In this document: positions 37,639 to 46,219 of the stretch, piece by piece
Position numbering within the stretch: position 1 is the first letter of the stretch
Layout: each line of letters begins with the position of its first letter
Virus record (IMG/VR): IMGVR_UViG_3300036715_002961
Coordinates: 24,801 to 88,800 of that record
Reading direction: 5' to 3' (one strand)
Length of the DNA: 64,000 bases
Source: a virus
Position numbers and translations under genes: made by a program
The notes under the pieces: generated by a model
Told to the model about the DNA's origin: nothing
Databases searched by the model: none
Seen by the model: the letters and a program-made list of their open reading frames with translations, nothing else

Positions 37639-38046
37639 TCACTTCGCCAGAACCGACTGGCTGCGGAAGCGAGCCGTGACGTAGCGGATGTCCACAAGGA
37701 TCTTGACGGTGGCGGCGAACGCATAGGCCTCTTCGGCCGTTGCGAACCGCTCGCCGTACATGTTGGGGGAGCGACCCGACTTGCGGAAGTTCACGACGAA
37801 GTGGGGGACGAACGAAGCGGCGGCCTTCGCCTCACGGGCGAGCGTCGCCGCGAGCTTCTTCTTACCGTAGACTTCGTCCGTTGCGCAGCGTTCGCAAAGG
37901 GCGACGTAGCCGTGGGCGAGGGCGTAGTCGGCGCTCATGTATTCGACGCCAGCGGGCTTGTTGCAGAGTTCGCAGGGGCACCCGGCGTAGCGGCCGTCGG
38001 CGGTACGGTTTTCGTTCGTCGAGGCGGTCTTGTAGGTCGTCGTCAT
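37639..38046 (-). CDS. Early protein with CxxC...CxxC zinc-finger motif
   Basis: CELC...CERC; downstream of cassette 2. Confidence 0.65.
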   Translation of the reverse strand: MTTTYKTASTNENRTADGRYAGCPCELCNKPAGVEYMSADYALAHGYVALCERCATDEVYGKKKLAATLAREAKAAASFVPHFVVNFRKSGRSPNMYGERFATAEEAYAFAATVKILVDIRYVTARFRSQSVLAK

Positions 38047-38136
38047 TTGGAGCCCCTTCTTTCGGTTCGTCGAGCCGGTTCTCCCCGGCGACAAGGATCA
38101 AGCTAAACCAGAGAGCGACTACGCGCAAGGGTTTTT
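38047..38136 (-). promoter_or_regulatory. Early promoter cassette, copy 2
   Basis: TTGCGC-17-TAGCTT; GTCGCCGG-GGAGAA-CCGGCTCGAC; ACCGAAAGAAGG. Confidence 0.85.
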
Positions 38137-38622
38137 CTATGCAGTGGGCGCTTTTTCTTGCAGGTAGGCGGCGAAGAGGCGTTTCGCTGCGTCGAGATAC
38201 GGCCGCAAGAGTTTAAAATCGTAATTGAATTTACCCCACTGGACGCCCGTTACGTCGGCGAGCGACTCGACTAGCTCGCGCTCGGCGGTCATCTGCGCCG
38301 ACTCCGCGACGAGCAGCGGGCAAAAACCCACGGTCGAGACGGGGAGATCCCCACGGGCGACGCGGGCCGCCTCGCACGAGGAGTCGAAGATCGCGGCGTC
38401 GGCCTTCGAGAGCAGCCACGTGTCCTTGTGCTCTCGGATGAGGGTCACGTCTTCGGCTAGGTCGGCGAGTTCCGCGGCGGGGCGGAACGAATGGCGGGCG
38501 AGGATCTCGGCCTGGTAGCCGCGGACGATCGGACGCACGCGGGCGACCTCGGCTTCGGCGGCGAGCAGGGCGCGGAAGGCGATGAGTTGGCGGTCGGTGG
38601 CGACGAAGGGCTGGGAGAACAT
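38137..38622 (-). CDS. Hypothetical early protein
   Basis: MFSQPFVAT..., GAAAGGA RBS. Confidence 0.65.
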   Translation of the reverse strand: MFSQPFVATDRQLIAFRALLAAEAEVARVRPIVRGYQAEILARHSFRPAAELADLAEDVTLIREHKDTWLLSKADAAIFDSSCEAARVARGDLPVSTVGFCPLLVAESAQMTAERELVESLADVTGVQWGKFNYDFKLLRPYLDAAKRLFAAYLQEKAPTA

Positions 38623-38684
38623 GGGATCGGATCCTTTCTGAGGGGGTAGGGGCCGGGCGGCTTCTCGACGCCCAGGGGAGTGAC

Positions 38685-38918
38685 TCACGCGCCGACGACG
38701 GACTTGACACGGGCGATCTCGCGAGCTGCTTCGTTGCGGGACTTGAAGGCGGTCTCGAAGACGATGCCGTAGCCGTCTGTGAACTCGCCGCCGAGGCGGT
38801 CCGCGAGGGCGGCGAGGGCGCCGGCGACGCGCTTGTTGCCGACGCGGGAGGAGGTAACGACCGCCGTGAAGCCGCCGAGGGTCGGGACAATCGAGAAGAG
38901 GAGGTCGGAAGCGTTCAT
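38685..38918 (-). CDS. Hypothetical early protein (MNASD start)
   Basis: Downstream of cassette 3. Confidence 0.65.
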   Translation of the reverse strand: MNASDLLFSIVPTLGGFTAVVTSSRVGNKRVAGALAALADRLGGEFTDGYGIVFETAFKSRNEAAREIARVKSVVGA

Positions 38919-39006
38919 CGGGGGGCCTTCTTTCGGTTCGGCACCGGTTCTTCCCGGCGACAAGGATCAACATAAACCCAAGAGTGCGGGCGCGCAACGG
39001 TATTTT
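38919..39006 (-). promoter_or_regulatory. Early promoter cassette, copy 3
   Basis: TTGCGC-17-TATGTT; CGCCGG-GAAGAA-CCGGTG; ACCGAAAGAAGG. Confidence 0.85.
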
Positions 39007-39047
39007 CTACGTATGGGCTACGATTTCTTGCAAAGGCCGCAAATCGC

Positions 39048-39251
39048 CTAGCGCGAGGCCTCCCATTCTTCGTGAAGAACCCGCTCGCGAGCATCGCGGG
39101 CCTCGGCCGCGCGGGCCCATTTCGCGTTTGCACTGGTCACGCGGGCGCGAGACGAGCCAGGGGGGAGCTGGGATCGGCGGTAGGAGGCGCGGGCGGCGGC
39201 GGCTTGCAAACGGCACCACTCGCGGTCAGAAGCGGGATCGAAGGGGGGCAT
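39048..39251 (-). CDS. Small hypothetical protein
   Basis: MPPFDPASDREW..., 67 aa. Confidence 0.4.
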   Translation of the reverse strand: MPPFDPASDREWCRLQAAAARASYRRSQLPPGSSRARVTSANAKWARAAEARDARERVLHEEWEASR

Positions 39252-39274
39252 GGCGAAGGGGGCGGGAAAACGCG

Positions 39275-39568
39275 TTAAAGGGGCCACGGGGCGAGCGGGG
39301 GAGCGTCTCGCAACGCCCGGTATTTCGCCCGGATCCGGTTGGAGGGCGTGTCTTTCCAGCAATTTTCGAACGTCAGGCCGACGCACGCGCGGGCGCTCGT
39401 GTCACCGCCGGATCCGGTGATGTGGGCCATTTCTGCCTGACCCCGGGTTAGCTCGCGGTAGGCGTACTGCGGACACACGAACGGGAGAGAGCCGCGGCGT
39501 TTGGCATTGCAGCGGTGGGGAGGCGGCGCGAGGCACGTTTGAGGGCGGGCGACGGTGGGCTTCCTCAT
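39275..39568 (-). CDS. Hypothetical protein
   Basis: MRKPTVARPQTC..., coupled to the upstream ORF. Confidence 0.35.
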   Translation of the reverse strand: MRKPTVARPQTCLAPPPHRCNAKRRGSLPFVCPQYAYRELTRGQAEMAHITGSGGDTSARACVGLTFENCWKDTPSNRIRAKYRALRDAPPLAPWPL

Positions 39569-39729
39569 GGGATGTCTCTGCCGGTCATTTTTGCCACGAT
39601 CTTGGTCAGCGCGATGTGAGCTTCCCGCTGCTCGGCGAGCAGGCGAGAGGTTCGGTAGCCGACGACAAAGCTCCGAATCAGCAAGAAAGTGGTGAGGGTG
39701 TTCATGAACTGCTGCCACGTCATGGTCAT
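39565..39729 (-). CDS. Small hypothetical protein (54 aa)
   Basis: MTMTWQQFMNTLTTFLLIRSFVVGY... Confidence 0.4.
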   Translation of the reverse strand: MTMTWQQFMNTLTTFLLIRSFVVGYRTSRLLAEQREAHIALTKIVAKMTGRDIP

Positions 39730-39779
39730 CGTATGGTTCCAGGTAGGGGGTTAGAAGGCAATGGGGTAGCGCTTGAGGC

Positions 39780-40136
39780 TCACGCGAACAGCTCCACCGC
39801 CGTCACGGCGTGCAGGGCGGCCTCGGCGCCGACACGGTCGACGAATGCAGCGGCGAGGCCGAACGCGCTGCGGTCGGGGCGCTCGGCGGGCTGGAGACAT
39901 TCACGCCACGTCTCGACGGCGGAATCCGTGAGATCTTGGGGCGGCTCGTTGGGGGCCGTGAACGCCAAAATGCGCGCGAAGGGGGCGTTGGGGTCGCCGA
40001 GACGGCCGACCGAGACGACCTCGCCGCCGAGGCCGAGGTAAGCAATCGGACTCGCGCCGCCGAGCAGGGCGATGGCGACGCGGGCAATGGCGACGGTGCG
40101 GGGGGAAGCGGAATCGGGGAAAAAATCGAGATTCAT
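39780..40136 (-). CDS. Hypothetical early protein
   Basis: 118 aa, GAGGA RBS. Confidence 0.6.
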   Translation of the reverse strand: MNLDFFPDSASPRTVAIARVAIALLGGASPIAYLGLGGEVVSVGRLGDPNAPFARILAFTAPNEPPQDLTDSAVETWRECLQPAERPDRSAFGLAAAFVDRVGAEAALHAVTAVELFA

Positions 40137-40181
40137 GGGAGGATCCTCAGGTAGCGGGAAGGAAGGGAACCCGGGTTCCCT

Positions 40182-40496
40182 TCACGAAATACCAGCGCAG
40201 CTGATGCGACCAGCATAAGATTTGGGGTCGTTCAGATAGGCGCGGACGCCCTTTGCCGGGCCTTTCCAGCTCGCCGACTTGAAGATCTCGTTGGTCGCGA
40301 GGTCGATGAATCCCCAGCACGAACGGTGGTGGGCACCGCCGTAGGAGACGATGACCCGGGTGTACTTGCGCCCCTTCTCGAACGATACCGTGAAGGCCCC
40401 GCCCATGAGCATGGCCACGCGCTCGGCGGGGGCGTGGACGGCGATGGCCGCGGTAAGGGTCGCAAGGTCGGCGGCGGTACGGTCGGAAGCGTTCAT
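40182..40496 (-). CDS. Conserved small phage protein (GRKY...FID...ASWKxPAKxVR family), MNASD start
   Basis: Motif recognisable as a widespread phage hypothetical family; downstream of cassette 4. Confidence 0.7.
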   Translation of the reverse strand: MNASDRTAADLATLTAAIAVHAPAERVAMLMGGAFTVSFEKGRKYTRVIVSYGGAHHRSCWGFIDLATNEIFKSASWKGPAKGVRAYLNDPKSYAGRISCAGIS

Positions 40497-40584
40497 TTTT
40501 GGGCCTTCTTTCGGTGGTCGGCGGGTTCTTCCCCGTCGACAAGGATCAAGCTAAACCAGAGAGCCCCGACGCGCAATGGTTTTT
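40497..40584 (-). promoter_or_regulatory. Early promoter cassette, copy 4
   Basis: TTGCGC-17-TAGCTT; GTCGACGGG-GAAGAA-CCCGCCGAC; ACCGAAAGAAGG. Confidence 0.85.
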
Positions 40585-40722
40585 AGACCCCTGCGCACCG
40601 ATTGTGGGGCGTCACCCCCTCGACCCCGCGCGGCCTCCATGAGAGAACCGCACGAGCGGTCGCGAATGGGCGCGCCCTCAGCGGAGACGCGCAGGGGGGT
40701 TTCTCCTCGGCGCGCCGATTTC

Positions 40723-40968
40723 TCAGAACTGAACAGCCGAGCGACCAGCGACACGGTCGGCGTAACCCGCAGCGAACACGGGGCAATCGCAACCGGGAAG
40801 GCCTACGTGGGCCATTCCGTGCAGCTCTTCGAAGTGCGCCGCCTGGTAGCCGTTGTTGTATTGGGCGCTCGCCACGAAGGACGCCTCGCCGGCATACAGC
40901 CGCCGCGCGCGCTTGGTGTAGGACGACTTCGAAGAGACGATGGCGGAAACGAGGTCGGAAGCGTTCAT
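40723..40968 (-). CDS. Hypothetical early protein (MNASD start)
   Basis: Downstream of cassette 5. Confidence 0.65.
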   Translation of the reverse strand: MNASDLVSAIVSSKSSYTKRARRLYAGEASFVASAQYNNGYQAAHFEELHGMAHVGLPGCDCPVFAAGYADRVAGRSAVQF

Positions 40969-41056
40969 TTGGAGCCTTCTTTCGGTTCGGCGCCGGTTCT
41001 TCCCGGCGACAAGGATCAACATAAACCCGAGAGCGCTGGCGCGCAACGGTTTATTT
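40969..41056 (-). promoter_or_regulatory. Early promoter cassette, copy 5
   Basis: TTGCGC-17-TATGTT; CGCCGG-GAAGAA-CCGGCG; ACCGAAAGAAGG. Confidence 0.85.
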
Positions 41057-41080
41057 CTCCCCGCGCGCCGATTTGTCGAT

Positions 41081-41260
41081 TCAGTAGCTTCCGGGTGTCA
41101 AATCTCCGTAAATCGTGTCGAGCGGCGAGCATTTGGGGCAGTAGCCGCGAGAGAGCAGGGCGTCCGACTCGCGACAGATCCGACAACGGGGTGACCGAGG
41201 GGGGCGGGGATGGGCCAGGAACGCACGAATTTGGGCCTCTAAGCGCTTGCGGCTAGACAT
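41081..41260 (-). CDS. Small zinc-finger protein
   Basis: CRIC...CPKC. Confidence 0.5.
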   Translation of the reverse strand: MSSRKRLEAQIRAFLAHPRPPRSPRCRICRESDALLSRGYCPKCSPLDTIYGDLTPGSY

Positions 41261-41390
41261 CGCGGTTTCTCCGCTTCTCGCGGTCGACGAGCTTCCTACG
41301 GTCATTCTCGGCCGCCCGGCGACGACGATTGCGCTCGGCGATCTCGGTCGATTCGTCGACCGGGTCGAACAGGGTTCCGGGGTCGTTCAT
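41253..41390 (-). CDS. Small basic protein
   Basis: MNDPGTLFDP..., GGAG RBS. Confidence 0.45.
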   Translation of the reverse strand: MNDPGTLFDPVDESTEIAERNRRRRAAENDRRKLVDREKRRNRDV

Positions 41391-41424
41391 GGGCGAGTCT
41401 CCGTTGCAAGGGGTTCGCGGTAGG

Positions 41425-41679
41425 TCATGGGGCACCTGCGGAGGGGGCCAGTTTGGCACGTAAATCGGTGTAGAGCGCGTCGACTGCGGTGTCCCTGGCA
41501 CCAGGGCCTAGGACCGCGTCGAAGGCCGCGTCGAGGGCCGCGCCGTCGGCTACGCGCGCGAGGATGCGGGCGCTGAGGAGGGCGTTGCGGTGCTCGTCGC
41601 TCGTCGCCGACGACAGGGGGAGACGGGAAACCGCCCGGATCTCGTCGATCCGGGCGAAAACGCGGGCCGAAGCGGTCAT
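41425..41679 (-). CDS. Hypothetical early protein
   Basis: 84 aa, ATGA coupling. Confidence 0.55.
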   Translation of the reverse strand: MTASARVFARIDEIRAVSRLPLSSATSDEHRNALLSARILARVADGAALDAAFDAVLGPGARDTAVDALYTDLRAKLAPSAGAP

Positions 41680-41987
41680 TTTGAGGCCTTCGGGGCGAAG
41701 TCGAGGTTGCAGAGGATTTCGCAGGGGAAAAACCGCGAGTTTCCGACGTAATCGGCGACCTGAACGACGGGGCGGATGGCCGACGATTGGACGGCGAACC
41801 CGCGCGGAACGGAGCGGCGAAGGGCTGCGAGGGTCGTCGAGACGTCGGCGTTGCTCTCGATGCGGACGCCCCAGCCGTCGCCGAGGGCGGCGCGCGAAGC
41901 GGCGCGCTTGAGCCCGGCTATGGTGCGGGGCTTGGAAATGACGCGGACGGGTTCGCCGTTGAAGAGGGCTTGGACGGTGATGATCAT
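41676..41987 (-). CDS. Hypothetical early protein
   Basis: 103 aa, AAGGA RBS. Confidence 0.6.
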   Translation of the reverse strand: MIITVQALFNGEPVRVISKPRTIAGLKRAASRAALGDGWGVRIESNADVSTTLAALRRSVPRGFAVQSSAIRPVVQVADYVGNSRFFPCEILCNLDFAPKASK

Positions 41988-42011
41988 GGGTAGTTCCTTG
42001 GGGTTAGGGGT

Positions 42012-42308
42012 TCAGTAGACGCGACAACGGCCGGCGAGGGCGCGTTGATCCTCGTCGATGCCGAAGATGGTGGAGGGGAATGCGCGAACGAGACCGATCT
42101 TGGCGCCACACTTGATGCAGACGGCGTCGCATTCGTAGGCGTTGAGGGCGAGGTTGGCACGCTTCCCGCGACCAGCGACGCGCACGGGCGAGGGCTGCTT
42201 CGAGGGCTTGCAGGCGGGGCAAGCGCACGGGAAGGGCGCCGAGGTCGGCGAGGGTTCCTCGACCGCCTCGACCTCGGTTCCGTCGTCGAGAACGAGAACG
42301 ATCCTCAT
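42012..42308 (-). CDS. Zinc-ribbon protein
   Basis: CPAC...CIKC; GGAGG RBS. Confidence 0.6.
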   Translation of the reverse strand: MRIVLVLDDGTEVEAVEEPSPTSAPFPCACPACKPSKQPSPVRVAGRGKRANLALNAYECDAVCIKCGAKIGLVRAFPSTIFGIDEDQRALAGRCRVY

Positions 42309-42436
42309 TTGACGACCTCCTGCACAGCTTTGCGAACTGCATCGCGCTGTTCGTCGGCGATGATCTGCATGACGACGGGGATCATGGAGTGCGGGTAGAG
42401 GCCGCGGCGGAGTTCCTCTTGAAGCTTCTGAATCAT
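42305..42436 (-). CDS. Small hypothetical protein (43 aa)
   Basis: MIQKLQEELRRGLYP..., first gene after cassette 6. Confidence 0.55.
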   Translation of the reverse strand: MIQKLQEELRRGLYPHSMIPVVMQIIADEQRDAVRKAVQEVVK

Positions 42437-42524
42437 GGTCGGGGGCCTTTCTTAGGGCCGGCGGTTCTCCCCGCCGACAGAAAGAACCCTAAACCACGGA
42501 GCGTGGACGCGCAACGGTATTTTT
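42437..42524 (-). promoter_or_regulatory. Early promoter cassette, copy 6 (variant leader)
   Basis: TTGCGC-17-TAGGGT; GTCGGCGG-GGAGAA-CCGCCGGC; AAGAAAGG. Confidence 0.8.
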
Positions 42525-43051
42525 CACCGACTGGGACGATTCACGCCAAACGACCGCAGTCGCGAAAGAACCCGTCGGGGCGAAAGACTCCCGTCGCAGC
42601 ACGCGTCGGAGCGGCGACAGGCTCCCCACGGACGCGAGGCGCGGACGGTGGGGGCGAGCGAGTAGGAGCCGAGGCGGGCGGTCTCGTTGCCTTCGTCGTC
42701 GAGGCGGATAGCGAATGCGCGGCGGTCGCGACCAAATCCAAACAAAACACGAGACCGGCTGCGGCTGGCCACAAAAACCACGGAAACGTGGTCTGCGGAG
42801 GCCGGCGAGCGCCCTTCGTAGGCGACGCCGACTTGAAATCGATGGGGCGGGAACCGGGTCGCTCGGCGCTGGACAAGGGCGCCATCGCAGGCAATGCGAG
42901 AGATCGTTCGCCACGGGCGCCCGCGGGTACCATCCTCGCAAGGGAACCCGGGTTCTCGTAGATCGTCGCAAACAGGGCGGCCGAGGCCGGGGTAGCCGCG
43001 CGCGGGCGAGCATGTCTCGCGAATAGGAAGCGAAGGGGGCGGGGCGCTCAT
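42524..43051 (-). CDS. Hypothetical protein
   Basis: MSAPPPSLP..., ATGA coupling; 3' part of the spurious 537-aa ORF. Confidence 0.45.
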   Translation of the reverse strand: MSAPPPSLPIRETCSPARGYPGLGRPVCDDLREPGFPCEDGTRGRPWRTISRIACDGALVQRRATRFPPHRFQVGVAYEGRSPASADHVSVVFVASRSRSRVLFGFGRDRRAFAIRLDDEGNETARLGSYSLAPTVRASRPWGACRRSDACCDGSLSPRRVLSRLRSFGVNRPSR

Positions 43052-43359
43052 GGGGCAGCTCGTTCGGTCAGGTGCAGGGCGACCATGTCGCGGTCGCGAG
43101 GGCGGAAAAGGGCACGGTCGGCGTAGCCTCGGAATCGGAGGGGATTGCCCGCCGAGTCGACGACAATGAGGCCGGCGAGTTGGTCGACGTCGGCCGGGCG
43201 CTCGACGAGCGCAACGATGCGAGTTTCGAATTTGGCCGATCGGGTGTCGGCGAGCAGGCGGTCGGCAGCGGCGCGCATCGTCGCCGGGAACAGGGCGACG
43301 CCGGAAACGGAGGTGAAGGGGCGGTTGGTGCGGTCGAGGACGGCGTAGCCAAAAATCAT
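43048..43359 (-). CDS. Hypothetical early protein
   Basis: MIFGYAVLDR..., GAGG RBS. Confidence 0.6.
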   Translation of the reverse strand: MIFGYAVLDRTNRPFTSVSGVALFPATMRAAADRLLADTRSAKFETRIVALVERPADVDQLAGLIVVDSAGNPLRFRGYADRALFRPRDRDMVALHLTERAAP

Positions 43360-43494
43360 GGGATGCCTCAGAAGGGGGCGCGTGCGAGGATGAGGGCGCA
43401 GCGGACACGGGGGCATAGCCGCGCGTCCAGCCGTCGCCGTGGCAGGTAGGATCGAGAGAGGGGGGCGGTCCTGGCGCACGGGGACGGCGGCGCT

Positions 43495-43791
43495 TCACAG
43501 ACGGCAGCCGCGATCGTCGGACGGGTAGGAGTCGGAGGACGTCGCCGCCGTGCTGCTCGGTCCAATGGACAGCGGCCTGACGGAGACCCTCGTGGCTGGC
43601 GAACGCGAGCATGTAGGCGATGCCTACGCCGTTTCCCGTGAAACATTGCTCACCCGCGAGGCGAAGGTAGGAACCGTCGCGGTTGCGGGCGGAGAAGATC
43701 AGTTTGAGGACGCCGCTGGGCGTGGTCGTCTCGACGACTGCGTAGATGGTCTCGGCGGGGCGAACAGGGGCGCGGCGGAGTCTCGAATCAT
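43495..43791 (-). pseudogene. Frameshifted early gene downstream of cassette 7
   Basis: The ATG frame stops after 30 codons; protein-like sequence (AETIYAVVETTTPSGVLKLIF...) continues in another frame from the C-run at 43757-43760. Confidence 0.5.
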
Positions 43792-43880
43792 GGGGGGCCT
43801 TCTTTCGGGTGCGTCGAGCCGGTTCTTCCCGGCGACAGAAAGAACCATAAACCGAGACGCGGAAGCGCGCAACGGTTTTT
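43792..43880 (-). promoter_or_regulatory. Early promoter cassette, copy 7
   Basis: TTGCGC-17-TATGGT; GTCGCCGG-GAAGAA-CCGGCTCGAC; CCGAAAGAAGG. Confidence 0.85.
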
Positions 43881-43916
43881 AGACCGCGCGCGCTTTTTTG
43901 GACAGGAACCCGGGTT

Positions 43917-44210
43917 CTACAAGTGAAACCGCCGGCGAAGGGCCGGGCGGGACGCCAGAATGGGGGCAAGGGGGCCGAGCATGGAGACGATCCCAGTAGG
44001 GCCGAACTCGGCGAGGCGGCGGCGATCATTCGCCACAAGCTCGCGAACCGCATGGCGGCGGGCGTCGATCGTGTAGTGCTTTCGCGAACGCCGATTTTGA
44101 CAGCGACCGACGCGACGGAATAGCCGCCAAGGGCCACCGAGGACGGTATGCACGAGGGCCGCTTGGGCCCGGTAGATGGCGAGCAGGGGGTCGAGGGCGG
44201 ACCGTCTCAT
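43917..44210 (-). CDS. Hypothetical basic protein
   Basis: MRRSALDPLL..., ATGA coupling. Confidence 0.45.
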   Translation of the reverse strand: MRRSALDPLLAIYRAQAALVHTVLGGPWRLFRRVGRCQNRRSRKHYTIDARRHAVRELVANDRRRLAEFGPTGIVSMLGPLAPILASRPALRRRFHL

Positions 44211-44398
44211 GGGCGAGCCGCGAGGGTCGAGCGGCGCATGTGCTGGGCTTTGCAGCGGCGAGAGCCGATTACATAGGCCTTGCGCTGCTTTCGCGTGTCG
44301 AAGGCGGCCGGGTAATGGGACCGCTCGGCGCAGGGCCAGCCACGGCGAGCGGCGCGACGGGCGGCGGCGAAGCGGGGGCATAGGTCGTTGGTTCTCAC
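44207..44398 (-). CDS. Small basic protein resembling the C-terminus of the upstream ORF
   Basis: ARRAAR...HYPA motif in both. Confidence 0.4.
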   Translation of the reverse strand: MRTNDLCPRFAAARRAARRGWPCAERSHYPAAFDTRKQRKAYVIGSRRCKAQHMRRSTLAARP

Positions 44399-44955
44399 AA
44401 GTCCCCCACAAGGTGAATCCACCGACCGGCGAGGTCGCGATAGCGCGCCGCGTGCAGGCGGCGGCATTGGATCAGGCAGGACTTGAGGTAGCGACGAGAG
44501 GCCGGAACGGAGCCGTCGCGCGTGGCGCGGAAACGGTCGGGGCGACGACAGACGGCGGTGATAGCAGGGTAGTGATCGCGAGCCGCTCGGCGCGCTTTTG
44601 CGTAGGTCGGGTCGAGGTTCGAGGCGCGGCCGGCACGCCGACAGGGGACGATCGTGATCGTACCCGCGAAGGCGGGCCCCTTACCGGGGAGCGCGGCGGC
44701 GCTGTCGGAGAGGGGGACCGGGGCGTAGGGGTCGAAATAGGCCACAAATGGGACCTCGACACCTTCGATGAGGACCGTGCAGCGGCGCGCCTCGATGGTC
44801 CGAAGGGGCGTTGCCGCGGCCTTGATACGCTCGACCGCGGCGGTTACGTCGGCAAGCGTCAAGGGGTCGCCCGCGGACACGGAAAGGGCCGCGTCGACGG
44901 ACGTGAAAACGGAGGGAATGGAACCCGGGTTCCCTTCGTCACGGTCGGCGCTCAC
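44395..44955 (-). CDS. Hypothetical protein
   Basis: 186 aa, GTGA coupling. Confidence 0.55.
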   Translation of the reverse strand: MSADRDEGNPGSIPSVFTSVDAALSVSAGDPLTLADVTAAVERIKAAATPLRTIEARRCTVLIEGVEVPFVAYFDPYAPVPLSDSAAALPGKGPAFAGTITIVPCRRAGRASNLDPTYAKARRAARDHYPAITAVCRRPDRFRATRDGSVPASRRYLKSCLIQCRRLHAARYRDLAGRWIHLVGDL

Positions 44956-46070
44956 GGATTCACCGGATCGTTGATCGTCGCGACGACCACCGGCGGTACC
45001 AGCCAGTCTAGGCCGACGAGGCGCGATGCGAGCTGCGGCGAAGTACCACCGCGATAGATGGTCCGCACACGCGCCGGTTCGTCGGGGAGCGTCAAAAATG
45101 CCAGCTCGACGCGAGCGGCGGGTTCCTGTGGCGGGTCGTAGGTTTCAAACGCGGGGCCGACGAGGTAGGCGGCGTGGTCGTAGGCGCGGATGCGGGCTAC
45201 GTTCGGGGCGTCCGTCGCCACGACGGGGGCGAGATCTTGGGCGATGAGAGAGACGGGGAGATGCGCATCGATGACCAGAGAATCGGTCGCGCCGGGGAGG
45301 CCGACCAGCTTGACGCGACGCGCGCGGCGGGCCTCAAAGAACGGGAAATCGCTGGGAAATGCGTCGTAACGGAGCCACGGCGCGCGCTCGTCGATGCGAT
45401 GCCCTTGGAGCCAAAAAATGGGGGTATTTCCGGCCGACGGCATCACGTCGGGATCGGGGAGTCCGTGGTCGGCTTCGTCGCGTGCTCCGAGGGCGTCAGC
45501 GCCGCGGGCGAGCAGGGCTTCGTAGGAGGTAAACCACCGTTCGGCGCGGGCGTTCATGGGGAGCCATTCGCGCGGATTGGAGAGGTCGAGGGGGAGGAGG
45601 AGCGAGCCTTTGGCGAGGGACTTGAGGAGGCCGACGAAGTGGGGGGAGATCTTGCTGGTGTTCGGATCGCAGGCGAGACCGTAGGTGTGGAGGAGGCGGT
45701 CGGCCACGTCGGCAGGGGTGTTGGAGAAGGCAGCGTAGTGGGCGACTTCGTCGCGAATACGCTGGAATTCATCAGGGTCCAGCCGCAAACAGGGCGTGGG
45801 TACGGGGAGGCGATCGGCGGGGTCGCCGAGGACGGATTCGAGGATCTTGGCGATGTAGGGGACGTCGCCGTCGACGAGGGCGTGGGCGATGGAGTTGAGG
45901 GCGCGCGCGAAGCGGCGAGCGTCGCCTTGGGGGTTGGGGGCGTCGGATTGGAAGGCGTTGAGGTAGTGCGCGTGGGCCTTGCTGTCGCGGTGGGGCTCGA
46001 AGCGACTGTCGTCGTCGAGATGGGGGCAGAAGGGGATAAAGCGGTTGCGGATCTCGGCGGGGACGTCCAT
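44952..46070 (-). CDS. Hypothetical protein
   Basis: MDVPAEIRNRF..., 372 aa; start uncertain. Confidence 0.6.
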   Translation of the reverse strand: MDVPAEIRNRFIPFCPHLDDDSRFEPHRDSKAHAHYLNAFQSDAPNPQGDARRFARALNSIAHALVDGDVPYIAKILESVLGDPADRLPVPTPCLRLDPDEFQRIRDEVAHYAAFSNTPADVADRLLHTYGLACDPNTSKISPHFVGLLKSLAKGSLLLPLDLSNPREWLPMNARAERWFTSYEALLARGADALGARDEADHGLPDPDVMPSAGNTPIFWLQGHRIDERAPWLRYDAFPSDFPFFEARRARRVKLVGLPGATDSLVIDAHLPVSLIAQDLAPVVATDAPNVARIRAYDHAAYLVGPAFETYDPPQEPAARVELAFLTLPDEPARVRTIYRGGTSPQLASRLVGLDWLVPPVVVATINDPVNP

Positions 46071-46219
46071 GGGCGGGGGGCTTTCGGGAAATAAGGTGTT
46101 GGAATCGGCGGATTGCGTGCAGGTTACAGGCGGTGGATCGGCCGGTGAAGGCAACTCGACAAGGGCGGCCAGCTCGGCGACCTTCGCGAAGGCTCTCTCG
46201 CCGACCTCGACGGCGGCGC

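Noticed and set aside
37530-43880. Repeat-spacer pattern as a CRISPR array or integron attC array
   Set aside because: Repeats are ~90 bp degenerate promoters separated by 0.4-1.5 kb of genes; no cas or integrase gene and no attC GTTRRRY/RYYYAAC ends seen.
42524-44137. 537-aa ORF as a single gene
   Set aside because: It crosses a promoter cassette and overlaps better ORFs with their own RBS; it is a chance join of a frameshifted gene and 42524-43051.
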